Source of the DNA: an uncultured delta proteobacterium
GTDB taxonomy: Bacteria; Desulfobacterota; Binatia; UBA9968
Direction of reading: 5' to 3'
Assembly: GCA_963737905.1 (NCBI GenBank)
Contig: CAVTUQ010000007.1
Span: 352,001-416,000, forward strand
Length of the DNA stretch: 64,000 nucleotides
Part shown: positions 10,156-19,411 of the stretch, piece by piece
How positions within the stretch are numbered: the first letter of the stretch is position 1
Layout: the number at the start of each line of letters is the position of its first letter
The notes under the pieces: model-generated
Database searches by the model: none
The model's input: only the letters and a program-made list of their open reading frames with translations
What the model was told of the DNA's origin: nothing
Made by a program: the position numbers and the translations under genes

Positions 10156-10350
10156 TTACTGCTCCACAAAACCTTCACGCTCCATCGCCATTAGATGCTG
10201 ATTTAGCCTCTGTCTGTGTTGATCGAGCTCGTGGAGAATGACGGCGCACTCATGATCGAACCGCATATGGTCAAAAAGCATTCCGGAGAGAACCCCCACG
10301 CTGAAGAGATATACACCCACAATAACAGCGGTGAATCGACGGTTTTCCAT
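10156..10350 (-). CDS. small hypothetical protein (N-terminal TM, helical C-terminus)
   Basis: 64 aa; AGGGGT RBS; sigma54-like promoter upstream. Confidence 0.6.
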   Translation of the reverse strand: MENRRFTAVIVGVYLFSVGVLSGMLFDHMRFDHECAVILHELDQHRQRLNQHLMAMEREGFVEQ

Positions 10351-10432
10351 TATGCTGCCACCCCTTTGAATATTTTAGCTGCATGTCTCTGTTTGAAGGA
10401 TCACAAGTTTTTGACTATTGCCTGTCTCGAGC

Positions 10433-10479
10433 GCAACGTACATGCCACGAATAGAAGCCCATAAAAATCACAACTTATG
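10433..10479 (-). promoter_or_regulatory. sigma54 (-24/-12) promoter plus conserved upstream 15-mer (imperfect IHF-like site)
   Basis: Minus strand TGGCATGTACGTTGC (GG-N10-GC); AAATCACAACTTATG at the same spacing as at 60638-60684. Confidence 0.6.
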
Positions 10480-10964
10480 AGTGAAGGGTATTGTCAAGAA
10501 CCGTCGCAAACTTGCTACAGTCGGAGTATCAGATTTTGAGGCACTTCACGTCGAGAACGCGACGGGGACTTAGTTGAGTAGGAAGGCCAGAATCAGCCTG
10601 AGATTGGATTGGGCTGCGACATCGGTTGCACTCTGAGCGTCTGTTGATTCCTCTCTCCTCTTTGGTTCTTCCGCACTTCCGACCGTCCCGGCCGTATCGT
10701 GTCAATTCTTGTCGCAGGAGTGCGTACGCTCTTTGGGAGACGAGCTCGTTAAGAATCAAGCGGAACCGCATGAACTGGGCGGCTGGCACACAGCCTGCTC
10801 CATTCCAGATACGCGAGGTAATGCGGCGGCAGCCGCAGGCGATTGGGGGCACCCGGCTAGTGAAAGAGCTCGCCTCCCAGCACCGGCGGCGCGACGCTTG
10901 CGGTGGGAGAAGATGGACGCGCACATTTCAGGTAGGAATACTAACTTTCTGAAAGGAGCATAGT

Positions 10965-11393
10965 ATGTTGTATCTCACAAAACTCATTCGGTCACATGTA
11001 ATGACTCTTGCGGCGTGTGGTGCAGTCTTGGCTACCATGCCCGTTGAGGCTGCTTTTGCAAAAGCCACTGATCCGAGTACGTATCAAGATTCTTGTCAAG
11101 CCCTTGATGTTGCCGGAGCAACCCTGACGGCAGTGTGTCGGAGAAAAGATGGCTCATTAAACGCGAGAACCGCAATTCGGATTCGCGGCATCGACAATGT
11201 GAACGGCAAGTTGGCCTATTCTCGTAATCCCGCTGCCATTAGTACGTATCAAGATTCTTGCGAGAACACTGGCGTTATTGGAGCGACCCTGACAGCAAAG
11301 TGTCGGAAAAAAGATGGCTCATTTAACGAAAAAACCACAATTCTGATTCGCGGCATCGATAATTTGAATGGAAAGTTGACCTATTCGAAGTAG
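10965..11393 (+). CDS. secreted cyanovirin-N homology (CVNH) lectin-like protein
   Basis: Signal peptide plus two ~50 aa repeats STYQDSC..GATLTAxCRxKDGS..IRGIDNxNGKL resembling CV-N repeats; AAAGGAG RBS. Confidence 0.82.
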   Translation: MLYLTKLIRSHVMTLAACGAVLATMPVEAAFAKATDPSTYQDSCQALDVAGATLTAVCRRKDGSLNARTAIRIRGIDNVNGKLAYSRNPAAISTYQDSCENTGVIGATLTAKCRKKDGSFNEKTTILIRGIDNLNGKLTYSK

Positions 11394-11537
11394 CAACTCG
11401 AGTGCGTTCGAGGTAGTTGTTTGCGTCCATGAGGGTGGAATGAATCTTGGTCGTTACCCCCTCCCGGCGTGGTGAGATGAGGGCATTTCCCTCGCTTTTG
11501 GAGCCATTGGAATGATCCGCCGGGAGGGGGGAACGCG

Positions 11538-11701
11538 ATGGTCTGACATCATGTTTCTACCAGTGTGTCCTGTGAGCTGTCTCTCACATGGAAGGAACCG
11601 CGTGAGCGACGAATTGCGCATCGGTGCGAGGGTGATTACCTGGAAGAGATCTGCGATTTTTGGGAAGGGGTCTGCGAGCCGGTTCATCCACTACCTGATT
11701 T
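11538..11701 (+). pseudogene. disrupted small Cys-rich protein gene (second copy of the 1467-1560 repeat)
   Basis: GGGAGGGGG RBS, ATG-GTC-TGA, then in frame HHVSTSVSCELSLTWKEPRERRIAHRCEGDYLEEICDFWEGVCEP; +1 indel relative to the 1467 copy. Confidence 0.55.
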
Positions 11702-11767
11702 CAAGTTATGTAAACTTAGACAAAGCGCCTATGACTGGCACCGATTATCAGACGTTACGCTTACGTC

Positions 11768-12463
11768 TCACTTTCCGACCGGCTGGGCGGCGAGCTTCGA
11801 TTCCAGCTCGCCTATTTGAAACCTGACATAGTTTGCGGACGGCGATTCGGCTTGGTCTTTTAGCAGCTGTCGATAAGCCGCGATGCCTCCCGTGACATCT
11901 CCCATTTGAACGGCACAACGCGCCTCGCCAAGAATGGCCCTGTCGCTGAACGCGCCTTTTATCTTTGCGGCTTCTTCGTAGTTTTTAATCGCTTCTTTAC
12001 ACTGCGATTGCCGCTCTTCGATGTCGGCTAACGTCAATAGGCCGATCTGGCGCATCAAGGAGTTTTGATCCGTGCCGGTTATAAATCGCTGTGCCGCAGT
12101 CGCTGCCTTGGTGAGATCGTTCAGGGCAAGGTAGCTATTCGCCTCGTAGAGATGAGCCAGATTAGCGTACCGCGACCATCGCTGGGCTTGAACCTTTTCC
12201 AGGCCCGCAATAGCTTCGCGATATTTTTCCGCATGATACTGAGCCATGGCCTGGCCGAACTCCTGCGCGGCGATTGAGTCCTGGCGCCCTTTGAAAACTG
12301 CCCAGCCCCAGATCCCGAGAAGTATCAAGATGGCGGCCGCGATCCCCAGGTAAACCGCGACACGCCGCCTCTGGTAGAACTCCAGGGCGTCTTCGGTAAC
12401 GGTTTGAAACCAATCCGGTTGCCGGAGCTCCTTGCGAGTAATTCGCCTACTAGTGGTCGCCAT
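11768..12463 (-). CDS. tetratricopeptide repeat protein (YfgM-like)
   Basis: RKELRQPDWF N-terminus, one TM helix, TPR-like helices. Confidence 0.8.
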   Translation of the reverse strand: MATTSRRITRKELRQPDWFQTVTEDALEFYQRRRVAVYLGIAAAILILLGIWGWAVFKGRQDSIAAQEFGQAMAQYHAEKYREAIAGLEKVQAQRWSRYANLAHLYEANSYLALNDLTKAATAAQRFITGTDQNSLMRQIGLLTLADIEERQSQCKEAIKNYEEAAKIKGAFSDRAILGEARCAVQMGDVTGGIAAYRQLLKDQAESPSANYVRFQIGELESKLAAQPVGK

Positions 12464-12532
12464 TACGTTTTGAGAGACCGCGAAATGTGCCGAACCTGGA
12501 AACAGCCGGAGAAATATTCGCGCGGTGAGAAA

Positions 12533-13060
12533 CTATTGCTTATACTTGAAGTCTTCCGGGGCCATCTTTTCAAGAATCTCGGCCCATTTTTCCTTGGAAA
12601 CGTTGGAGACATTCTCCACGGCGGCTTCTTTGGCCTCTTCGCTTTGCTGCAAGACGCTAGAGGCCTCCAACACCGCCTTGGCAACATAGATCGGGGCCTT
12701 GGTCCGCAAAGCCAGCGCGATGGCATCGCTGGGGCGCGAATCGACGACCAGCTCTCGTCCTCCGATGTTGATGTGAACCAGAGCGTAATAGGTGTTTTCC
12801 TTTAGTTCCGTAATCTCCACCGACTCAACGGCACAGCCTACTTCGCCAAGAATATTCTTGAGCAAGTCGTGAGTCATCGGTCGGGCCATCTTGATGCCTT
12901 CAATTTCGGTCGCCATGGCTGTGGCTTCCAGAAGGCCGATCCAGATCGGCAGGTTAAGCTTATTGTCTGTGTCCTTGAGGATGACGATCGGTGTCTTGGT
13001 TACCGGGTCGAGGGTTAAGCCTCCGACGGCCATCTGAATCGTATCTTCCCGTTTGGTCAT
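12533..13060 (-). CDS. bifunctional nuclease family protein (DUF151)
   Basis: LPIWIGLLEA, RPMTHDL, DSRPSDAIALA. Confidence 0.92.
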   Translation of the reverse strand: MTKREDTIQMAVGGLTLDPVTKTPIVILKDTDNKLNLPIWIGLLEATAMATEIEGIKMARPMTHDLLKNILGEVGCAVESVEITELKENTYYALVHINIGGRELVVDSRPSDAIALALRTKAPIYVAKAVLEASSVLQQSEEAKEAAVENVSNVSKEKWAEILEKMAPEDFKYKQ

Positions 13061-14421
13061 GCCATTTCTCCTTCTGACCGGAAGTCAGAAATATTTTCTG
13101 TTGTCAGCTCTTCCCCGATTAGCGAATTGGCAGTCGCCCCAATAATCCGAACGGGTATCAAAGATCCCACCAGAGTCTCGTCTCCCGCTAAATTTACAAT
13201 TCGATTGGCCCGCGTACGGCCCATCATCTGTCCGTTCTTGAGCCTCGATTTTCCGTCCACCAAAATTTTCTCCACGTTGCCAATGCTCTCGCGGTTCTTC
13301 TTCAAGGATATTTCCTTTTGCAAACTTTGCACTTGCTGCAGCCGTGCTTTCTTGATTTCGTCACCAATATCGTCGTCATAAATTTTTGCCGACACCGTTT
13401 GCAGTCGCGGCGAATACACGAACGAGTAAATTTCATCATACTCCACTTGTCTGAGCATTTCTAGAGTATCGGCAAATTCCGCGTCGGTTTCGCCGGGAAA
13501 ACCGACAATAATATCCGTGCTAAGCGCAACGTCTGGACAGCGCTGCCGCAGGCGATCAATCCGGGCGAGATATTCGTTGCGCGTGTAACCGCGGCGCATT
13601 CGAAACAAGACCGAATCCGCGCCCGACTGTACCGGCAAATGGAGATGTTCGCAGAGTTTGTCCAGAGTGGCGAACGCTTCGATCAGTTCCGGCGAAAGAT
13701 CCTGGGGATGCGACGTCGTGAAACGGATCCGCTGCAGGCCGTCAATCCCGTTGACTCGGCTGAGAAGCTCGGCAAAACTGATTTCGCCGGGCGATGTCTT
13801 GCCGTAGGAATTGACATTTTGCCCCAACAGCATGACTTCCTTTACTCCTTGGCGGATCAATGATTCAATCTCGTCAACGATCTTCCCGCTTGGCCGGCTT
13901 ACTTCGCGGCCACGAACGTAGGGCACGATGCAGAAGCTACAGACTTTATTGCATCCCTGCATGATCGTGACGAAGGCTTTGGCGCCCCGCACGTCTGGTC
14001 GGTTCTGCGGATCTTCCATGTAGGACGGCTCGCGATAGAAAGCGGTTTCCACCGGGCGGGTGCGCGACACTTGAACCTGTTCGACCATCTGCGGGAGTTT
14101 GTGAATGTTGTGGGTGCCGAAAACAAGATCCAGGTGGGGCAAGCGTTTTAGCAGCTTCGCACCCTCTTGCTGCGCAACGCAACCACCCACGCCGATAACG
14201 ACGCCTTCCCGCTGTTCTTTTAGTTCCTTCCATCTCCCCAGCGCGCTGTAGACTTTTTGTTCCGCTCTATCGCGTACGCTGCAGGTGTTAAGAATAACCA
14301 AATCCGCCGTCTCGATGCGATCTGTCCGCTCGTAATCCATAGGGCCCATGACCTGCGCGATGCGCTCGGAGTCGTACTGGTTCATCTGACAACCGTGGGT
14401 CTGCAGATAAAGCTTCTTCAT
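13057..14421 (-). CDS. miaB: tRNA-2-methylthio-N6-dimethylallyladenosine synthase
   Basis: GCQMNQYDS, NTCSVR, radical SAM CNKVCSFC motif, TRAM C-terminus. Confidence 0.95.
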   Translation of the reverse strand: MKKLYLQTHGCQMNQYDSERIAQVMGPMDYERTDRIETADLVILNTCSVRDRAEQKVYSALGRWKELKEQREGVVIGVGGCVAQQEGAKLLKRLPHLDLVFGTHNIHKLPQMVEQVQVSRTRPVETAFYREPSYMEDPQNRPDVRGAKAFVTIMQGCNKVCSFCIVPYVRGREVSRPSGKIVDEIESLIRQGVKEVMLLGQNVNSYGKTSPGEISFAELLSRVNGIDGLQRIRFTTSHPQDLSPELIEAFATLDKLCEHLHLPVQSGADSVLFRMRRGYTRNEYLARIDRLRQRCPDVALSTDIIVGFPGETDAEFADTLEMLRQVEYDEIYSFVYSPRLQTVSAKIYDDDIGDEIKKARLQQVQSLQKEISLKKNRESIGNVEKILVDGKSRLKNGQMMGRTRANRIVNLAGDETLVGSLIPVRIIGATANSLIGEELTTENISDFRSEGEMA

Positions 14422-15824
14422 GGCGCGATCAGATCGACGACTTTATAAAGCTGATTGATGTTACGACATTCCTCGGCGACATCACAATAAGGCGAGTACC
14501 GCGGCATTTCGCTGTCTCCCACGCCCCATGTCATGCGGCTCTCGGGGTTCAGCCAAATCAGTTGTTTCGCCTTCTGCTGTATCTCCCGCAACACCCACTC
14601 GTTGGGACGGTTGTAGTTGTTTCGGCCATCACCGATGATCAGTACGGTGGTCCTGCTCGTGACGGCGGCGAAATGGTTTTTAAAAAACAACTCGAATGCG
14701 CGACCGAAATTGGAATGCGAAAAGACATCGATGACTTCGCCTTTGAGTGCCGTCTCCACGGCGCGATGGATCTCGTACTCCTCGAAGAGTTTGGTGACCT
14801 CGCCGATATCGCTGACAAAAACAAAACTCCGAACTTTGGTGTACAAGTCCTGCACCGAATAGACGAACTGCAGCATAAAGCGAGAGGCGTTCAACACCGA
14901 GTCCGAGATGTCGCACAGGATCATCACTTGCGGTTTGGTCTTCTTGCGCCGGTCCAGCTCGATGTGAAACGGCACCCCGCCGTATTGCATGTTGGTGCGA
15001 AGGGTTGCTTTAACGTTGAAGCGCCCGCGGGCGGCCTTTTTACGGCGCACGGACAGCCGATTTTTTAGCCGCTGCGCCAGGCGCGCCACGGCTTCGTTCA
15101 TCCGCCTTATGTCATCCTCGGTGTAAAAGGAAAAACTCTTGTCGGCGAACGAGCTGCGCTGGCTGTAATCGGTTGGCTCGACGCCGCGTTTTCTTTGCTC
15201 CTGTTGAATAACTTCCCTCAGCAGACGGTTGAGGTCGCGCATCCGTTCATCCAGGTAGCGCATTACGTTTTGTAAATTTTCGCCGCCCTCGGCCAGCATT
15301 TGAAGCATGGCCTTGAAGCCTTCCACCTCGGTGCGCACGCGATCGAGTTGCAGCCGGCCGGCCATCCTTGTGTAGGGCGTCAGGCGAAAACTGTCGAGGG
15401 AGGCGGCTTCGGCTTCCTGGCTCGCGGCCTCTCGCAGCAGACGTTCCAATTCGCCCCGGTTTCCGGTGAGCAGCGCTCGAGTGAGCGGAGACAGCTCCCC
15501 TTCCATCTCCTTCAAGAGTCGCTGAATCTGTTCAAGCATTTGCTGGAACTGCTGTGGAGTGAGCCCCAGCTCTTCCATGATCCGTCTGTCCAGGGCATCG
15601 ATGGCTTCCCCGATGCCGAGGAAGAAAAAGTTAAACAGCTCTTCGAAAGGCTTAATATCGCTCGCCCGCTTAACCAGAGTCGACCGCAGAGCGTTGCGAA
15701 ACAAGTGCGGGTCTCCGATACCGACAAGGCCGAGAGCCCGGAAAGCATCCATGTTCTCAGACAGCGATACACGGACGCCGTTGCGGCGCAGGACGTTCGC
15801 GAATTCGACAATGCGATCTTTCAT
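14418..15824 (-). CDS. VWA domain protein (CoxE-like)
   Basis: CDISDS MIDAS motif, IIGDGRNN, WLNPE. Confidence 0.88.
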   Translation of the reverse strand: MKDRIVEFANVLRRNGVRVSLSENMDAFRALGLVGIGDPHLFRNALRSTLVKRASDIKPFEELFNFFFLGIGEAIDALDRRIMEELGLTPQQFQQMLEQIQRLLKEMEGELSPLTRALLTGNRGELERLLREAASQEAEAASLDSFRLTPYTRMAGRLQLDRVRTEVEGFKAMLQMLAEGGENLQNVMRYLDERMRDLNRLLREVIQQEQRKRGVEPTDYSQRSSFADKSFSFYTEDDIRRMNEAVARLAQRLKNRLSVRRKKAARGRFNVKATLRTNMQYGGVPFHIELDRRKKTKPQVMILCDISDSVLNASRFMLQFVYSVQDLYTKVRSFVFVSDIGEVTKLFEEYEIHRAVETALKGEVIDVFSHSNFGRAFELFFKNHFAAVTSRTTVLIIGDGRNNYNRPNEWVLREIQQKAKQLIWLNPESRMTWGVGDSEMPRYSPYCDVAEECRNINQLYKVVDLIAP

Positions 15825-15848
15825 CTGTGAAACCGCGGTCTCGGAGTC

Positions 15849-16811
15849 TTAGTGCAAGTGATCTTTGTCACTGTCGCCCGCGCTCGGTCCCTGGCGGGCT
15901 TTCCGCTCGGCAAGATAGGCTTTGAGTTCCTGGTGGGCTTTGCGAATATCGGCTTCGTACTTCATGAGCGTCGAAAGAGTTTGCTCAACGAGCTCGTTAT
16001 CCAACTGTTTGATATTGAGCAAAGTCAGGGCCTTTACCCAGTCGAGGGTTTCACTGATACTGGGTGTTTTCTTCAAGTCAAGTTTGCGCACTCGGTGCAG
16101 AAGCTGAACGACTTCCCGGGCGATTTGATCCCCGACGTCTGGCACCTTCAACTTGATGATTTCCATTTCTCTCTCGGAGTCCGGAAAATCCAAATAGAGA
16201 TGAAGGCAACGCCGCTTCAATGCATCGGACATTTCGCGGCTGTTGTTGCTGGTCAACACGACCAGTGGGATGTGCTTCGCCTTCAACGTGCCAATTTCAG
16301 GAACGGTGATCTGAAAGTCGCTGAGGACTTCCAACAAAAAGGCTTCGAACTCGGCGTCGGACTTGTCCACTTCGTCAATCAATAGAACCGACGGCTGGTC
16401 CGCAAGGAGCGCCTTTAACAGAGGTCGCGGCAATAAGAACCTATCGGAAAAAAAAACCCCATCCTGGTTGGCTATGCACTCGATCGCTTCTTGCAAGGTT
16501 TGGGTGCCCTGAAGAACTTCGCCGATTTTATCCTTGAGGATCTGCGTGTAAAGCAGTTGCTTGGCGTACTCCCACTCGTAGAGCGACTTGGCTTCGTCGA
16601 GCCCTTCGTAGCATTGGAGCCTGATCAAATCCATCCCCAGGGCGCCCGCCAACACCTTGCCCAGTTCGGTCTTACCGACGCCGGCCGGTCCCTCAACCAG
16701 AATCGGCTTTTGCAGTTGGGTTCCGAGGTAGACCACCGTGGCGACATTTTTGTTGCAAATGTAACTTTGGCTCCCCAGGCCCGTGACAACATCATCCACT
16801 GACTGAAACAT
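15849..16811 (-). CDS. MoxR-family AAA+ ATPase (CoxD-like)
   Basis: EGPAGVGKT, RLQCYEG, LLIDEVD, DALKRRC. Confidence 0.9.
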   Translation of the reverse strand: MFQSVDDVVTGLGSQSYICNKNVATVVYLGTQLQKPILVEGPAGVGKTELGKVLAGALGMDLIRLQCYEGLDEAKSLYEWEYAKQLLYTQILKDKIGEVLQGTQTLQEAIECIANQDGVFFSDRFLLPRPLLKALLADQPSVLLIDEVDKSDAEFEAFLLEVLSDFQITVPEIGTLKAKHIPLVVLTSNNSREMSDALKRRCLHLYLDFPDSEREMEIIKLKVPDVGDQIAREVVQLLHRVRKLDLKKTPSISETLDWVKALTLLNIKQLDNELVEQTLSTLMKYEADIRKAHQELKAYLAERKARQGPSAGDSDKDHLH

Positions 16812-16917
16812 GGTCGCCCTTTCCAAGAATTTGAAACTAACATAAACAACCATCGACGACAATCAGCAGTTGGAAAGCATGTTTGCAGAACCTCTGAGCT
16901 TTCGGTAAACGATAGAT

Positions 16918-17682
16918 GTGTGCACGTTAGCGCTTTACTTTCGCATGGTTGACCGCTACCCGGTGATCGTCGCCGCGAACCGCGATGAGCATTATGACCG
17001 CCCTTCTGCGCCGCCCGCCCTATGGTCTACGGAACCCGAGATTCTTGCCGGGAAGGATCTCCTGGCGGGCGGTACCTGGCTTGGAGTCAATGAGCATGGG
17101 CTACTGGTGGGTATTCTCAATCGCCGGTCGAACGGCGAGCCGGATTCACACACCCAGACGCGTTCTCGTGGTCTTCTCTGTCTGGATCTCTTGAGACTCA
17201 AATCCGCCGCGGACGCCCATGCGTTCATGAACCGGCACGAACAAGCCTATCAACCGTTTACCGTTGTTTTTGTCGATCCGAAGGAGGCATGGATCGCGTA
17301 TAACATACGGCGACAGATCAAGACCCATAAGCTCGAAAAAGGATTGCACGTCTACAGCAGCGCGGCCGATCTCTCTGTGCGATCTGAAAAAGTCGATCGG
17401 GCCCACATGCAGTTCTCTCGAGTATTCGATGAGTTGGGATCGACGTGCAGCGACAAATCGGTGTGGGTGCGTTCTTTGCGCACGATCCTCGGCGATCACG
17501 CCTTGGGTAACGGTTCCAAAGAGCCGAGGGACGCTATTTGTGTTCATGGAGACGTTGCCGGCACCGTCTCTTCCACGATTATCTTTCACGATCAATCCGA
17601 ACGGTGCCTTTACACTTTTAACTGCCCCGGGCCTCCTTGCCAGGAATGCTTCGCCGAAGCCCTCAAGCTCAATGTCCGATGA
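16918..17682 (+). CDS. NRDE/TANGO2 family protein
   Basis: N-terminal MCTL, AANRDE, GGTWLG. Confidence 0.9.
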   Translation: MCTLALYFRMVDRYPVIVAANRDEHYDRPSAPPALWSTEPEILAGKDLLAGGTWLGVNEHGLLVGILNRRSNGEPDSHTQTRSRGLLCLDLLRLKSAADAHAFMNRHEQAYQPFTVVFVDPKEAWIAYNIRRQIKTHKLEKGLHVYSSAADLSVRSEKVDRAHMQFSRVFDELGSTCSDKSVWVRSLRTILGDHALGNGSKEPRDAICVHGDVAGTVSSTIIFHDQSERCLYTFNCPGPPCQECFAEALKLNVR

Positions 17683-18425
17683 GTGGACCGCAGAAATCGA
17701 GACAGGCAGCCACCGTCATTCTGCTCCGCCCCGCCGAGGCGAATGGTTTTGAAGTATTTCTCACCCGCCGCCCGGACGCAATGGCGTTTCTCGGCGGGAT
17801 GTACTGCTTCCCGGGTGGCGCCATGCAAAAAGACGATTGCTCTCCGGAGATGCTGCGGCTTTGCCATGGTTTGTCACCCGTCGATGCGCGGAAAATCGTT
17901 GGCGCTCAATTTTCGCCGCCAGAAGCACTGGGGCTCTGGATTGCCGGTATTCGAGAGCTCTTCGAGGAGGTGGGAATTTTGCTGGCCGTCAACAAGCTGG
18001 GCCAACCTGTAGACCAGGATCGTAGAAACAGTCTAGCTGAGAAGCATGCCGCTTTGCTTGAAAATACCATTCGCTTCCGATCTCTGCTTGAAAGCGAAGA
18101 CCTGCTGTGTAACGCACTAGGTCTCGCTTATTTCTCTCACTGGCAAACTCCGGAAGAAGTTTCGACTCGTTTCGATACGCGGTTCTTTCTTGCCGCCTTA
18201 CCAAAAGATCAGACTCCCCTGGCAACCTCGCCTGAAGTTGTCCATAGCCTTTGGCTTACACCCGATCGCGCCCTGGAGCTTTTCGCCCAGGATAAACTGC
18301 CGATGATTTTTCCAACCTTTGCCTCGCTTCGAACTCTGGCTGACTTCGAGTCGCTGGAGAGCCTATGGAGAGAATACGGGCGAAATTTGACCGCGGCATC
18401 AAAGAAGGCCTCAAAGGGTCGCTGA
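17679..18425 (+). CDS. NUDIX hydrolase
   Basis: AATVIL, FPGG, RELFEEVG, RFDTRFF; ATGA overlap with the upstream gene. Confidence 0.88.
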   Translation: MSGPQKSRQAATVILLRPAEANGFEVFLTRRPDAMAFLGGMYCFPGGAMQKDDCSPEMLRLCHGLSPVDARKIVGAQFSPPEALGLWIAGIRELFEEVGILLAVNKLGQPVDQDRRNSLAEKHAALLENTIRFRSLLESEDLLCNALGLAYFSHWQTPEEVSTRFDTRFFLAALPKDQTPLATSPEVVHSLWLTPDRALELFAQDKLPMIFPTFASLRTLADFESLESLWREYGRNLTAASKKASKGR

Positions 18426-18437
18426 CAGGCCGTGTCC

Positions 18438-19115
18438 TTAGCCCTTCTGGTCGAGCGCTTTGCGCAACATTTCCATTTGGTTGTTCAAATGACGGACCAT
18501 CGTGCTCTCGGCGAGCTGTGGATTTTTTTTGAGGAAGGCGTCCATGATCTGATCATGCTCGCGCATGGAATAGTCGAGCCGTTGCGGTAAATGGAGCGAG
18601 AGAATTCGCGTCTTTTGAATCTCTTGGCGCAACTGATCGACGAGCCGGTAAAGGCGTTCGTTGCGGGCTATTTCAGCAATGAAGCGATGAAAGCTGCTGT
18701 TGGCGTCAAAATAGCGCCTCAGGTCCCGTTTTTGACAGGCTTCTTTGAGAAGCTGGTGCAGTTCTCGCAAATGGGCGATCTCTTCCGGTTGCGCGTTCTC
18801 GACCGCTAGCCGCGCCGCCAGTCCTTCGAGCACGCTGGCGATGGTGTAGTAGTCTTGAACGTCCTCGCGGGTGGGCTTGCTGACCGCCACTTCATTATTG
18901 GGCAGAAATGTCACGTAGCCCTCCGTCTCAAGCAGCCGCAGAGCTTCCCGCAGCGCTACTCGGCCGACATGCAGCGAGGCGCTCAAGGTTTCCTCCGAGA
19001 GTCTTTCTCCCGGAGCGAATTTGCCGCCGACGATCGCCTCCCGGAGCTTTTCGGTCAGGAGCTTGGTCAGGGACTTGAATTTTTTTTCCGCTCGACTTGC
19101 GCCGCCACCGATCAT
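18438..19115 (-). CDS. GntR family transcriptional regulator (FCD domain)
   Basis: PGERLSE..VGRVALREAL HTH; FH..EH..H FCD residues. Confidence 0.9.
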   Translation of the reverse strand: MIGGGASRAEKKFKSLTKLLTEKLREAIVGGKFAPGERLSEETLSASLHVGRVALREALRLLETEGYVTFLPNNEVAVSKPTREDVQDYYTIASVLEGLAARLAVENAQPEEIAHLRELHQLLKEACQKRDLRRYFDANSSFHRFIAEIARNERLYRLVDQLRQEIQKTRILSLHLPQRLDYSMREHDQIMDAFLKKNPQLAESTMVRHLNNQMEMLRKALDQKG

Positions 19116-19411
19116 AGCTTTTTCTCCACTGGACTCTCTTCGTTAGAGGAGGATGCGGTTCCGCGCCGCAGGAGTCTTTTCAATGATTCCTGCACCTTCT
19201 GAAGCTGGCTCTTGACGGTGAATAGATAAACGTCGTCCATCCGCCTGAGATAAACCTCCCGGCCGATTTTTAGCTGTACGTTGTCCTCTCCCTGTGCCAT
19301 AAGCAAGCGGCCGTTGCTGTCTCGTATCAATGCCAGGGCCACAGGCGGAAGAAAGCCGTCCGGTGTCACGTAGAGAATCGTGAACGTCTCGATTTCACCT
19401 TCATCGCGCAT
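19112..19411 (-). CDS. OB-fold (DUF35-like) thiolase partner; possibly the C-terminal domain of the upstream gene split by a frameshift
   Basis: GEIETFTILYVTPDGF..ALI..G..L.AQ pattern; a Pro/Ala linker lies in the same frame upstream. Confidence 0.6.
   Translation of the reverse strand: MRDEGEIETFTILYVTPDGFLPPVALALIRDSNGRLLMAQGEDNVQLKIGREVYLRRMDDVYLFTVKSQLQKVQESLKRLLRRGTASSSNEESPVEKKL

Noticed and set aside
11538-11595. In-frame TGA at codon 3 followed by a hairpin (TGTGAG-CTGTCT-CTCACA), as a possible selenocysteine/SECIS
   Set aside because: The same copy also has an indel relative to its paralog and would run into the convergent core gene; no redox motif; pseudogenisation is simpler.
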